Assembly (NCBI RefSeq): GCF_000010625.1
Contig: NC_010296.1
Span: 840,001 to 872,000, forward strand
Direction: 5' to 3'
DNA: 32,000 nt
DNA from: Microcystis aeruginosa NIES-843
GTDB lineage: Bacteria > Cyanobacteriota > Cyanobacteriia > Cyanobacteriales > Microcystaceae
The notes below the pieces were generated by a model. The model saw only the letters and a program-made list of their open reading frames with translations. It was not told the DNA's origin and did no database searches. Positions 9,808 through 18,531 of this stretch are shown piece after piece. Every line of letters begins with the position of its first letter. The stretch's first letter is position 1. A program made the translations under genes and the position numbers.

Positions 9808-11388
9808 GTGAGCGATCGCATTTTATCCCTAAAAGAACGTATTGGTCAGATGATAGTAGTCCGCGCTTCCGGCTATCTCTTTGACCAACAAATCCGCTAT
9901 CCCGTCTGGGAACCTGTCAACGCCACCCTCAAACACTGGTTAGAAACCCTCCACCTCGGTGGGGTGATTCTATTAGGAGGCAGCGCCGCCGAAATCGCTT
10001 TCCGTAGCCAACAATTACAAAGTTGGTCCGGCGATAATCCTCTCCTCATTGCCGCCGATATCGAGGAGGGAGTCGGCCAAAGGTTTTCTGGCGCCACTTG
10101 GTTCCCCCCCCCGATGGCTTTAGGAAAAATAGCCGAAAAAAGCTTGACAAAAGCCACAGAATATGCTAGGGAAATGGGAGCAATTACCGCTAAGGAAGCC
10201 CTAGCGATCGGGATTAACTGGATTTTAGCCCCAATTGTCGATGTGAACAATAATCCCGACAATCCTGTTATCAATATTCGTTCCTTCGCTGAAACTCCCG
10301 AAATCGTCGCTAATCTAGCTCAAGCTTTTATTTTAGGGGCGGATTCCTATCCAGTTTTGACCACGGCCAAACATTTTCCCGGCCACGGTGACACCAGCAA
10401 TGACTCCCATCTCGATCTTCCCATCATCAACCACGATCATCATCGCCTAGAAGCGCTCGAATTGCCGCCCTTTCAAGCAGCGATCGAGTCCGGGGTTGAT
10501 AGTATTATGTCAGGCCATCTGTTAATTCCCGCTTGGGATGCCGAATTTCCCGCCACTCTTTCCTCAAAAATTCTCGGGGAAAAACTGCGCCAAAATCTCG
10601 GTTTTCAGGGTTTAATCGTCACTGATGCCCTGATTATGGGAGGAGTAACCAAAATTGCCAGCGCTGCCGCCATAGCAGTGAGGGCGGTACAGGCGGGGGC
10701 CGATATACTGTTAATGCCACCCGATCCGATCGAAGCGATCGAAGCGGTGTATAGTGCCGTGCAAGCGGGTACAATTAGCGAAGCGAGAATTAATGATTCT
10801 TGGCAACGTATTCAACGAGCAAAAGAGAAATTGGGGCAAAGACAGCCATCCTTAGAATCCTTAAGCAGTTTAGCGGCACCGCAAGCTCTAGAGATTGTCA
10901 GGGATATTTTAAAAGATTCCCAAACAGTTAGCGCTAATTTACCGATTAAAGCCACTCAAGGCCGCAATTTAATCATTGTCGATGATTTGCTCAACTGTGA
11001 CTTTCTCGATCGCTCTTGTCCGGCGGTGACAATGCCCCGACAATGGGGTTATCAAACCCAAATAATCGACCGTAGCACCTTTAATCAGTCCCTCGTCTCC
11101 CCAGAAACGACTCTCCTACAAGTATTTATCCGTGGTAATCCTTTTCGGGGTAGTGCCGGATTAGGGGAGGAAACGAAAGCTATCTATCAAGCTTTGCTGA
11201 AAACTGGACAAATTCAAGCATTGATTATTTATGGTAGTCCCTACGTTTTCCAGTGGTTTCGTCAACAAAGCGCAGAAATTCCCTATCTTTTCAGCTACGG
11301 ACAACAACCAAGCGCCCAAAAAATTGCCCTAGAAACTATTTTTGAGTGGCCAACTAGCGGCGAAAATCGGACTGATACTTTTCTTTAA
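9808..11388 (+). CDS. Glycoside hydrolase family 3 protein (NagZ-like beta-N-acetylhexosaminidase/beta-glucosidase-related)
   Basis: 526 aa with the GH3 N-domain motifs NWILAPIVDV, KHFPGHGDTSNDSHLDLP and GLIVTDAL. Confidence 0.85.
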   Translation: MSDRILSLKERIGQMIVVRASGYLFDQQIRYPVWEPVNATLKHWLETLHLGGVILLGGSAAEIAFRSQQLQSWSGDNPLLIAADIEEGVGQRFSGATWFPPPMALGKIAEKSLTKATEYAREMGAITAKEALAIGINWILAPIVDVNNNPDNPVINIRSFAETPEIVANLAQAFILGADSYPVLTTAKHFPGHGDTSNDSHLDLPIINHDHHRLEALELPPFQAAIESGVDSIMSGHLLIPAWDAEFPATLSSKILGEKLRQNLGFQGLIVTDALIMGGVTKIASAAAIAVRAVQAGADILLMPPDPIEAIEAVYSAVQAGTISEARINDSWQRIQRAKEKLGQRQPSLESLSSLAAPQALEIVRDILKDSQTVSANLPIKATQGRNLIIVDDLLNCDFLDRSCPAVTMPRQWGYQTQIIDRSTFNQSLVSPETTLLQVFIRGNPFRGSAGLGEETKAIYQALLKTGQIQALIIYGSPYVFQWFRQQSAEIPYLFSYGQQPSAQKIALETIFEWPTSGENRTDTFL

Positions 11389-12584
11389 GGGCAAAAATTG
11401 CCTAGTAACCATTGGGCAATGCGATCGGAAGCCCCAGCTGCCCCCATTCTCTGACGACCATTAACGGCGATTTCTTGCCACTTTGGGGGATTTTGTAATA
11501 AATATTCTAACTTGTCCGCCACTGACTCGGCACTATCGCCCAAGAGAATTGAACAGCCTAATAAACGCTGTTGCAGTGTGGCAAAATGAGCAGTAAACTG
11601 TGGTCCGGATCCCGCAATTGTGATCGCCGGTTTACCCAAACCGACGAACTGTTCCGTGGCAGTTCCCGCCATGGCGATGGCCAGATGGCAGCGGCCTAAA
11701 TATTCGGCGTAATCCGTTTGAGAAATAGTTATAAATACTTCTTGACAAATAAACTTATTTGTGCTATGTTCTCCCCAACCCTGGGAAATTAAAGCAGCCG
11801 TAAAAGATTCTAGGGGGAGAGAAGGAGCGATCGCCGCCAAAAATTCCAGCTTATAATCGGGAAAACGTCCGATAATGGCGGCCACAGCCTCGATAATTTG
11901 CTGCCAATTGTGGAGAGATTCGGGAAAGCGCGAACCGGGTAGCAGCAGAATATTTAGGCAATCTTGGGGAAAATCGCCCGTTATCGAGGGTAAAAGGTCA
12001 TCCATCATCGGATTACCCCCATCGACAACGGGAATTGACCACTGTTGTAAAATTTTGCTAGTTAAACTATCCCGGGGAAAAACCCCCCGACAGCGAGGAT
12101 GAGCCATTAACCAGCGTTCCCAAGGATAATAATAGGAACCCCAGAGGCGATCGATCATCGAGCTACTATCTAACCATCCCTGCTCATCCCGGAGATAGTA
12201 TTCCGATTTAGCCGTTCCCACAAAAGTATAATCCCTCTCGCTCAACCAAGCAAGGGCAAGGGGTAAGATATCTCCCACCGCGACAATTTTTCCCCCTTCT
12301 TGGCCCCAATTTCTGACCAGACGGTATTGACGAGAGGTTAATCCTAATAATCCCTCCCGTAGATCTCGCCATAATTGTTTCGCATCCCTGGTGATAAAAC
12401 CCCCAGAGGGCATTTTTTGACCTCGATCGAGAAGGGGAATCCCCAGACGAGTATAAGCATAACCGTTACCCACTAGGGGTAAAGCAGTAATACCAGGACA
12501 GTGGGGAGATGATTGCAGTCTTTTAATAATCCGGATCGCGATCTCGTCTTCACCGTGGCCATTACTCAAAAATAATAATTTCAC
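11385..12584 (-). CDS. Lipid-A-disaccharide synthase-related glycosyltransferase (LpxB-like family)
   Basis: The ORF track opens at TTG 12671. The conserved family N-terminus (V)KLLFLSNGHGEDEIA begins at an in-frame GTG at 12584, which I prefer. GT-B-like C-terminus GTATEQFVGLGKP. Confidence 0.7.
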   Translation of the reverse strand: MKLLFLSNGHGEDEIAIRIIKRLQSSPHCPGITALPLVGNGYAYTRLGIPLLDRGQKMPSGGFITRDAKQLWRDLREGLLGLTSRQYRLVRNWGQEGGKIVAVGDILPLALAWLSERDYTFVGTAKSEYYLRDEQGWLDSSSMIDRLWGSYYYPWERWLMAHPRCRGVFPRDSLTSKILQQWSIPVVDGGNPMMDDLLPSITGDFPQDCLNILLLPGSRFPESLHNWQQIIEAVAAIIGRFPDYKLEFLAAIAPSLPLESFTAALISQGWGEHSTNKFICQEVFITISQTDYAEYLGRCHLAIAMAGTATEQFVGLGKPAITIAGSGPQFTAHFATLQQRLLGCSILLGDSAESVADKLEYLLQNPPKWQEIAVNGRQRMGAAGASDRIAQWLLGNFCP

Positions 12585-12923
12585 TTTTTTTCTTAACTTC
12601 TGGCTTAAAGTCCTAAACTTCGGTTGTTTTATTCCCCTCGACCCTAGACAATGCTGATGGTTAGGGAACAATCAATTTTATAAAAGCAGTTAACCAACTC
12701 CCATTTAGTCTAATCTACCAGAAGGTTTCGCCGATCGCTTATCTCTGCCCTGATAGCGACCATTTGACCAAAGGTTAAGACTAAGAGATAAGAGATGAGT
12801 TTAACTGCTTCTATTTTTCTCGATCATAAAGACCAAATTTGGCCCCCCAGAGCCAAGGATGTCAGAAACCTGCTCTGATCGCTATATTAGAATCAGTGAT
12901 TAATTGGCATCCTAGCGGAAAAA

Positions 12924-13394
12924 ATGATTATCGACTTACCCGATCGAGAAGCTACTGTCAATTTAGGCGAAAAACTGGGGCAAACCTTGGCCTCTGGCAG
13001 TGTAATTTTATTAAAAGGCGATTTGGGAGCGGGAAAAACCACCTTAGTACAGGGAATTGGCCTAGGATTGGGCATTCAAGAGCCTATAGCTAGTCCTACC
13101 TTCACCCTCGTTAACGAATATAACGAAGGCCGCCTTCCTTTGTATCATTTGGATTTGTATCGTTTGCAGGGTCAAGATATCGAGGCGCTGTACCTAGAAA
13201 ATTATTGGCAGGGAATCGAGGTGGATTTAGGGATAGTGGCGATCGAATGGTCAGAACGTTTAACTTTTTTGCCAGAAAATTATCTAGAGATTACTTTACT
13301 CGATCGAGGCGAGCAAGGACGACGAGCGCTGCTCAATTTTGTCGGTGGGGACGAAAAAAATAGCGACCCCACAGGAATCGCTATCAGCACTTGA
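12924..13394 (+). CDS. tsaE: tRNA t6A37 biosynthesis ATPase TsaE (YjeE)
   Basis: 156 aa with P-loop GDLGAGKTTLVQGI, SPTFTLVNEY and HLDLYRL motifs. Confidence 0.9.
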   Translation: MIIDLPDREATVNLGEKLGQTLASGSVILLKGDLGAGKTTLVQGIGLGLGIQEPIASPTFTLVNEYNEGRLPLYHLDLYRLQGQDIEALYLENYWQGIEVDLGIVAIEWSERLTFLPENYLEITLLDRGEQGRRALLNFVGGDEKNSDPTGIAIST

Positions 13395-13431
13395 CTTTTG
13401 AAGCAATCAAACTTTAGCGGTAACTTTCCAC

Positions 13432-14282
13432 TTATTCTCTAACTCGTCTTTCTTCTAAAGTTTCTTCAAAGAAACTATTGTAGAGGAAACCCGCCGCCAC
13501 GGCCCCAACAATGGGAGCAATCCAGAATAACCATAATTGACCAACGAGAGCCATATTACCGCATAAAAGAGCAACACCAGTACTACGAGCGGGGTTAACG
13601 GAGGTATTGGTCACGGGAATACTAATTAAGTGAATTAAGGTCAATCCTAAACCAATAGCGATGGGAGCAAAACCGGCCGGAGCGCGTCGATCGGTAGAGC
13701 CTAAAATGATGATTAAGAACATGAAGGTCAAGACCACTTCCGTGACCAAAGCGGCGAATAAACTGTAACCACCGGGAGAATGTTCTCCGTAACCATTGGT
13801 GGCCAGAGGGTTACTGCCTCCCAGAGCGAAACTGGGTTGACCACTAGCAATAATGTAGATAATTACTGCCGCTAAAATCGCCCCTAAAACTTGAGCGATG
13901 ATGTAGGGAAGTAGTTCCGAGCCGGGGAAGCGTTTACCTGCCCAGAGACCGAAGGAAACGGCGGGATTAAAATGTCCCCCCGAAATATGCCCTAAAGCGT
14001 AGGCAAGAGTGAGGACGGTTAAACCGAAGGCGAGGGACACACCCACAAAAGAAATCCCCAGATGGATATTAAAATCAGCACCATCTACGACACTCTTGGC
14101 TTTACCCACAAATACTGCCGCTAAAACAGCACTAAGCTTAGACGCATTTAAGTTTCCTACTCGTATCCCTATCTACAAGGCGTTCCAGGATATTAAAGTG
14201 CAATGTAAGTGCGTCTAAGCTTACCGCAACCGCCGAGAACGAGCCAAAACGTCCCGATGAACTCTGCTAGATACTTTTTCAT
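13432..14282 (-). pseudogene. aqpZ: Aquaporin Z gene interrupted after codon 20 by an 87-bp MITE
   Basis: ATG at 14282 encodes [20 protein letters not shown], then runs into the insert and reaches TAA after 9 codons. Removing 14135-14221 plus one TA restores [17 protein letters not shown] in frame with the 225-aa ORF, which has both NPA boxes (HFNPAVS, VNPARS). Confidence 0.88.
14135..14221. mobile_element. 87-bp MITE with 12-bp perfect terminal inverted repeats and a TA target duplication (IS630/Tc1-mariner type)
   Basis: AGCTTAGACGCA...TGCGTCTAAGCT is flanked by TA at 14133-14134 and 14222-14223. Its ends resemble those of the IS630-family element at 16683-17912. Confidence 0.85.
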
Positions 14283-14572
14283 CTCTATATCAAGGTTGAA
14301 TGATTTTGCTTTTAGGTTATCTCCCATCAGACCAGATTAAACTGTTATAAGATATTAAAAAATAGTTATTTTTTACCTTCAATTTGCCGTTCTCACGGGG
14401 AAAATATCCGCTTTTCAGAGATATAATACTAAAAAAATCGGCAATTTCTGCTAATTTCACACTTTCTTTAGATTTATCTTCTATCTTGATGTCTGATCGG
14501 TTTTGGCAGTGGTTGACCCTTTCCCCTACTAGGGAATTGTGGAAAGAAAAAAAGTAGCGATCGAGTGCTAAT

Positions 14573-14766
14573 TAGGGCTGGCTGAATAATGGTAAAACCC
14601 TTGTTGGTTAAGACTTTTAGAGTTTTTGTAAATCAAAAAGTACCAGATATGGGAGTGATCGGGGGGAAAATTCAGGGACTTTTTCCCTGAAAATTAGGTA
14701 ATTGACCCCTTCAAAATCGGTAAAACCCTACACCCCACACCCCACACCCCATACCCTGCTCTAGGA
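14573..14766 (+). mobile_element. MITE copy of the same family as 8514, 3'-truncated
   Basis: Collinear with 8514-8700 (TAGGGCTGGCTGAATAA...AAATTCAGGGACTTTTTCCCTGAAAATT...heptamers) and diverges after CCCTGCTCTAGGA. Confidence 0.65.
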
Positions 14767-14797
14767 ATGCAAAGATTTATTAAAATGTAACATAAGA

Positions 14798-15021
14798 TAG
14801 GGCTGGCTGAATAATGGTAAAACCCTTTTAAAATAAGGCTTTTGACCTGTTAAAATCCGATGTTCATGCTGCGAAAATAGGATTAAGACCTTCAAAAACC
14901 TTGCATTATCCTTCTTTTAGTACAAAACTGGTACGAAAAAAGAGGACAACAAAGCCTGAAACGACCGGCTACTGACTCCTGACTCCTAACCCCACCAACA
15001 AACTTTTTGCCGCAAACCCTA
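14798..15021 (+). mobile_element. MITE variant with the same termini (TAGGGCTGGCTGAATAA ... TTTTTGCCGCAAACCCTA) but a different interior
   Basis: Both ends match the family. The internal sequence is unrelated to copy 8514. Confidence 0.6.
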
Positions 15022-15053
15022 AATAATCAGTCTTTAATAACCAGATTTAGTAT

Positions 15054-15148
15054 AAATCCACCGAAAAAGAAACCACAAAAATAGGATAAATTGCCTCTAA
15101 AAATACCATAAATGCCCCTTCAATCAATCTTGAGGGGGTTGATTTTTT
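15054..15148 (+). repeat. R repeat copy 1 (core form)
   Basis: AAATCCACCGAAAAAGAAACCACAAAAATAGGATAAATTGCCTCTAAAAATACCATAAATGCCCCTTCAATCAATCTTGAGGGGGTTGATTTTTT, that is hairpin CCCCTTCAA/TTGAGGGGG plus a T-run. Confidence 0.9.
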
Positions 15149-15330
15149 CCTTTCGCTTATTAAACAACTATCACCTCGTTGCTAGGGTCTCCCTGGCAAC
15201 GCATTTCCAGAGGTTCTACCTTGGAACGAGACAAAGCATTGATGATCACACAAGGTCGAGAAGAGCCAAATAGCCAATTTAGTGCCACAATTAGGAGTAG
15301 TTTATTTATTCTTCTCTCCCAGTTAAAAAT

Positions 15331-15546
15331 ATGCAAGTTAAAGAGCTAACCGTTGAAGAACTCAAACTCCTCATTCAAGAAACTGTTGCCGAAACTATCC
15401 AATCTATCTTACTCGATCCTGACCAAGACAAAGAAGTGAAACCTGAAGTTAAGCAACAAGTTCTTGACTCTCTAAGACGGACTGAAATAGGAGAAAAGGG
15501 GGTTTCAGCCGAGGAAGTAGCCAAAAAATTAGGATTAAACTGGTAA
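15331..15546 (+). CDS. Putative antitoxin partner of the RelE/ParE toxin
   Basis: 71-aa acidic ORF. Its stop overlaps the toxin start (TAATG at 15544-15548). Family not recognised with certainty. Confidence 0.6.
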   Translation: MQVKELTVEELKLLIQETVAETIQSILLDPDQDKEVKPEVKQQVLDSLRRTEIGEKGVSAEEVAKKLGLNW

Positions 15547-15806
15547 TGGCTTACTTTGTAGAATTTAGCTGCGAAGCAATCGCTGATTTAGAAGCACTCG
15601 CTCCTATCATTCAAGAGCGAATTTTGCGGAAAGTTCGCTGGTTGTCGGATAATTTTGAAAATGTTAGTCTTCAAGCTTTAAGTGCTAATTTGAGTGGTCT
15701 TTTCAAGCTTCGAGTCGGTGACTATAGAATTATCTATTCTTTTGCACCCGAAGCAGAACGCATTACCATCCACAAGGTTGGACATCGCCGAGATATCTAC
15801 AGTTGA
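15546..15806 (+). CDS. Type II toxin, RelE/ParE superfamily
   Basis: 86 aa. LFKLRVGDYRIIYSF...ITIHKVGHRRDIY is the RelE/ParE core signature. Confidence 0.85.
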   Translation: MAYFVEFSCEAIADLEALAPIIQERILRKVRWLSDNFENVSLQALSANLSGLFKLRVGDYRIIYSFAPEAERITIHKVGHRRDIYS

Positions 15807-16083
15807 TAAAATACTGTGTTTGAGAGTAGGTGGTTTCTTTGCTTAACATGATTTTTAGGGGAGACTTGTACAACCTTATTGTACAATTTCAAGCTCTTGA
15901 ACTCCCCAAAAACCCACAAATCTGAAGGGATAGGAATGCAAATATTTATTAAATTGTAGCTTTTGATACATTTGTGGGGGGGGAGTGTGTATTGTTCTAC
16001 TATCCGCCTTTGGTGTTGGGTTGGGTTGTTGCTTCACCTAGCTGCGAGGGGGCGAACACTTATGTACTGAGTAGCGAATGGTG

Positions 16084-16512
16084 ATGAAAAAAGGATTTTT
16101 CAGATGGCTACCAATTTTAGCCTTAACTATAGCTTTATCTTCTAACTTCTATTAGAATCACGATGATATTGCTCAAGCCCGTAATTTGAGACGTGTAAGC
16201 AATGGTTTTGCTTTCGAGATTCAGAATTGTAATAAAGACAATAATTCTGTAGTTTGTACTTTTATGGTTGCAAACTTAGGGGAAGTCAGAGATCTTTATT
16301 TTTATCCCCAAGACTCTATCATCATTGATTCTACCGGCAAGCAATTGAAGGGATCGGAGGGCCGTATTGGAGGAATAGGTCGTGATATGGTATGGGTAAG
16401 AGATATGCCTTCTAGAGTCCCCATTAACGGAAAAATTCTCTTTAAAGGAAATTTGCCTGGAAGAATCGTTTATCTGCGATTAGTAGGTAATTTCTCAGTT
16501 GAATGGAGGTAA
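16084..16512 (+). pseudogene. Small secreted protein gene with an in-frame TAG at codon 24
   Basis: ATG 16084 gives MKKGFFRWLPILALTIALSSNFY, then TAG (16153-16155), then NHDDIAQARNL... in the same frame as track ORF 16186-16512. A signal peptide is thus separated from its mature part by one stop. Confidence 0.5.
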
Positions 16513-16723
16513 TATATTACCTCGTTCTCAGGTTCTACCTGAAGATTTTTCCTGTGGCAGCAGCATTGAGATTCGTAGGTTGGGTTGACGCAAGGAAACC
16601 CAACAACTTCCTGGAATATTTTCACAATGTTTGTTGGGTTTCGCCTTTTGAGCCGATGGGTAATACCAGAGCAATAATGATAAGCTAAAACGCACTTAAA
16701 CCACCTAAAATAGAAATAGTAAC

Positions 16724-17899
16724 TTGAGAAAAATCCTACTTATGCCAGCCAAAGATTTCCTAGACTTAGAAGAAAAGAAAAACTTACAAAAAGCTCTTAA
16801 AGAAGAAGAAAGAGCAGAGGTTAGGGAAAGAATTTTAATGTTTCTCTTGCTAAACGACGGAAAAACTCAACGAGAAATAGCTGAGTTTATTGGCTGTTCA
16901 CTCAAAACAGTCGCCCCTTGGTGTGTTCATGGCGATCCTAACAATATAGAAAGTCTAGAAGATGGTAGAAAAAATGGAAATCATAAAAAAGCCACAGAGG
17001 AATATATTAATTTACTATTGAAAATAGTTGATGAAGACCCGAAGGAATTGGGATATGAATTCGGGAGATGGACAGCGGCAAGATTAGCAGAGCATCTAGA
17101 AAAGGAAACAGGAATTAAACTGAGTGGCTCGCAAGTGAGAAGAATATTGAGAAGAAAAAAGTATGTGTATATCTGGGCAAAATATAGTCTAGAAGATAAG
17201 CAAGACAAGAAATTAAGAAAAGCATTTAAAGAAAAATTAGATGAATATTTAAAGTTAGCGAAAGAAAAGCCAGAGTCAATCCAGGTATGGTTTTGGGACG
17301 GGGCTTTCAAGGTGGCGACGCAGGTTCGCCACACAGCCCCTCATGAGTGTGGATTTAGTTTGAGAGTAATAAGAAGGAGAGCTTGGACAAAAAAAGGAAA
17401 GCGAAAAAAAGTGAATGGGCAAAGAAAAAGAGGAAGGGTGAATGTGATGGGAGCCTTAAGATATAATGATAAAAAAAGAGTCTGTTTTATGATCAAAAAA
17501 GGAAATTCAGAAACTTTCCATGAACAATTAAAGAAACTTCATGAAGAGATTCGTCAAGAATGGATAAACTTGGGAAATCTGCCCGAAGATTTTCGAGAAA
17601 AGGGGCCGAAGATTATCATTATATTAGACAATGCTAGTTATCACAAAAAGAAAGATGTTATTGAGCAGGTGGAAAAAGAGTTGCCCAATATTAGGCTAGA
17701 GTTTTTACCAGCTTATAGTCCAGATTACAACCTAATAGAATTAGTGTGGCATTCCGCTAAAGAATACATAGCTAATCGAGAATTTGAAAATAAAGAAGAA
17801 CTGGAAAAAGTAGTCAATCAGCTTTTAAATGAAGGGGGATTGATTATTAAATGGAGTAGAAAACTTAAAAATAAGGGTAATGCTGTCAATGTAACTTAA
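16724..17899 (+). CDS. IS630-family DDE transposase carrying a 15-aa in-frame insertion
   Basis: HTH N-terminus, then WFWD[GAFKVATQVRHTAPH]ECGFSL, IIILDNASYHKK and YSPDYNLIELVW motifs. ATG at 16742 is an alternative start. Confidence 0.85.
   Translation: MRKILLMPAKDFLDLEEKKNLQKALKEEERAEVRERILMFLLLNDGKTQREIAEFIGCSLKTVAPWCVHGDPNNIESLEDGRKNGNHKKATEEYINLLLKIVDEDPKELGYEFGRWTAARLAEHLEKETGIKLSGSQVRRILRRKKYVYIWAKYSLEDKQDKKLRKAFKEKLDEYLKLAKEKPESIQVWFWDGAFKVATQVRHTAPHECGFSLRVIRRRAWTKKGKRKKVNGQRKRGRVNVMGALRYNDKKRVCFMIKKGNSETFHEQLKKLHEEIRQEWINLGNLPEDFREKGPKIIIILDNASYHKKKDVIEQVEKELPNIRLEFLPAYSPDYNLIELVWHSAKEYIANREFENKEELEKVVNQLLNEGGLIIKWSRKLKNKGNAVNVT
17300..17344 (+). other. 45-nt hairpin-forming in-frame insertion inside the transposase gene
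   Basis: GGGGCT..GTGGCGA-cgcaggt-TCGCCAC..AGCCCC splits the D-E of the first catalytic motif. The neighbouring IS630 transposase has an uninterrupted FIDESG. Confidence 0.6.
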
Positions 17900-17968
17900 A
17901 TGCGTAAAAGCTTAGCTCAACCCAACCTACGGCTCGATTAATTAATAAACTTATAGCAATTCTCTGAC

Positions 17969-18520
17969 TTATGAGGTACAGTAGCAACAGTGAGTAAACC
18001 AATTGCGAATATCTTTTTGAGTAACTTCTAACATAGCCAATTCAATCCCTTCTATTAAGTCTTTGTAAGTTCTCGCCTTCAGTTTTCTTAACGTCGCTTT
18101 CACTTTTGACCAAAAGTTTTCAATAGGAGAGAATTCGGGAGAATAAGGAGGTAAATAGATGAGTCTAGCTTTTTCTTGTTCGATTATTTCTCTGACCATT
18201 TCTCCGAGATGAATCTTGGCGTTATCCATGATCAGACAGTCTCCTTCTTTAATTTTTGGCAGCACTTCCTTTAGAATAAATCCTTCAAATGTTACCGCAT
18301 CCACTGCACCGTATATGTTGACTGATGCGACAACTTTTTCTAAGCTTATAGCACTAATTATTGAAATATTTCTCCCTCTTTTTTGTGGTTTTCTTCCCCG
18401 AGCTCTTCGGCCAATTAAGGCTCTAGCATAGAGTCTCAAAAGGGCTAAATTTACCCCCGATTCATCGATGAAAATTAGTTTTGATGCCTCAATTTCCCGA
18501 ACTTCTGACCAGTATTCCAC
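17969..18520 (-). CDS. IS630-family transposase orfB (DDE catalytic part)
   Basis: LIFIDESG, LIMDNAKIH and YSPEFSPIENFW motifs. The frame is open upstream to the A9 run in the -1 frame relative to orfA. Confidence 0.85.
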   Translation of the reverse strand: MEYWSEVREIEASKLIFIDESGVNLALLRLYARALIGRRARGRKPQKRGRNISIISAISLEKVVASVNIYGAVDAVTFEGFILKEVLPKIKEGDCLIMDNAKIHLGEMVREIIEQEKARLIYLPPYSPEFSPIENFWSKVKATLRKLKARTYKDLIEGIELAMLEVTQKDIRNWFTHCCYCTS

Positions 18521-18531
18521 TCTTTTTTGCT

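Larger units (their letters stand above)
16683..17912 (+). mobile_element. IS630-family insertion sequence (1230 bp) with TA target duplication
   Basis: Ends are AGCTAAAACGCACTTAAA... and ...TTAAATGCGTAAAAGCT (imperfect IRs), flanked by TA at 16681-16682 and 17913-17914. Single transposase ORF. Confidence 0.8.

Noticed and set aside
12684-12810. 10-bp inverted repeat AAGCAGTTAA/TTAACTGCTT with a nested 9-bp CTTATCTCT/AGAGATAAG as a possible MITE or long hairpin
   Set aside because: The arms are asymmetrically spaced (44 nt versus 8 nt between outer and inner arms). There is no target duplication and no second copy in the window. It is compatible with chance in an AT-rich divergent promoter region.
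12839-13093. Track ORFs (84 aa + strand, 60 aa - strand) overlapping the tsaE start
   Set aside because: They overlap the well-supported tsaE frame, which has a P-loop and family motifs. They have no motifs of their own.
14009-14218. Track ORF of 69 aa on the plus strand
   Set aside because: It is antisense to aqpZ and runs through the MITE, so it is a by-product of the insertion.
15866-15890. Duplicated TTGTACAA palindromes as an NtcA or other known operator
   Set aside because: The spacing does not fit GTA-N8-TAC. I recognise no other consensus for it, and there is no adjacent intact gene to regulate.
16503-16688. Track ORF of 61 aa
   Set aside because: It lies entirely within dispersed repeat sequence (the CTCGTTCTCAGGTTCTACCTGAAG and CGTAGGTTGGGTTGA...GAAACCCAACA units). 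Such repeats commonly generate spurious ORFs.
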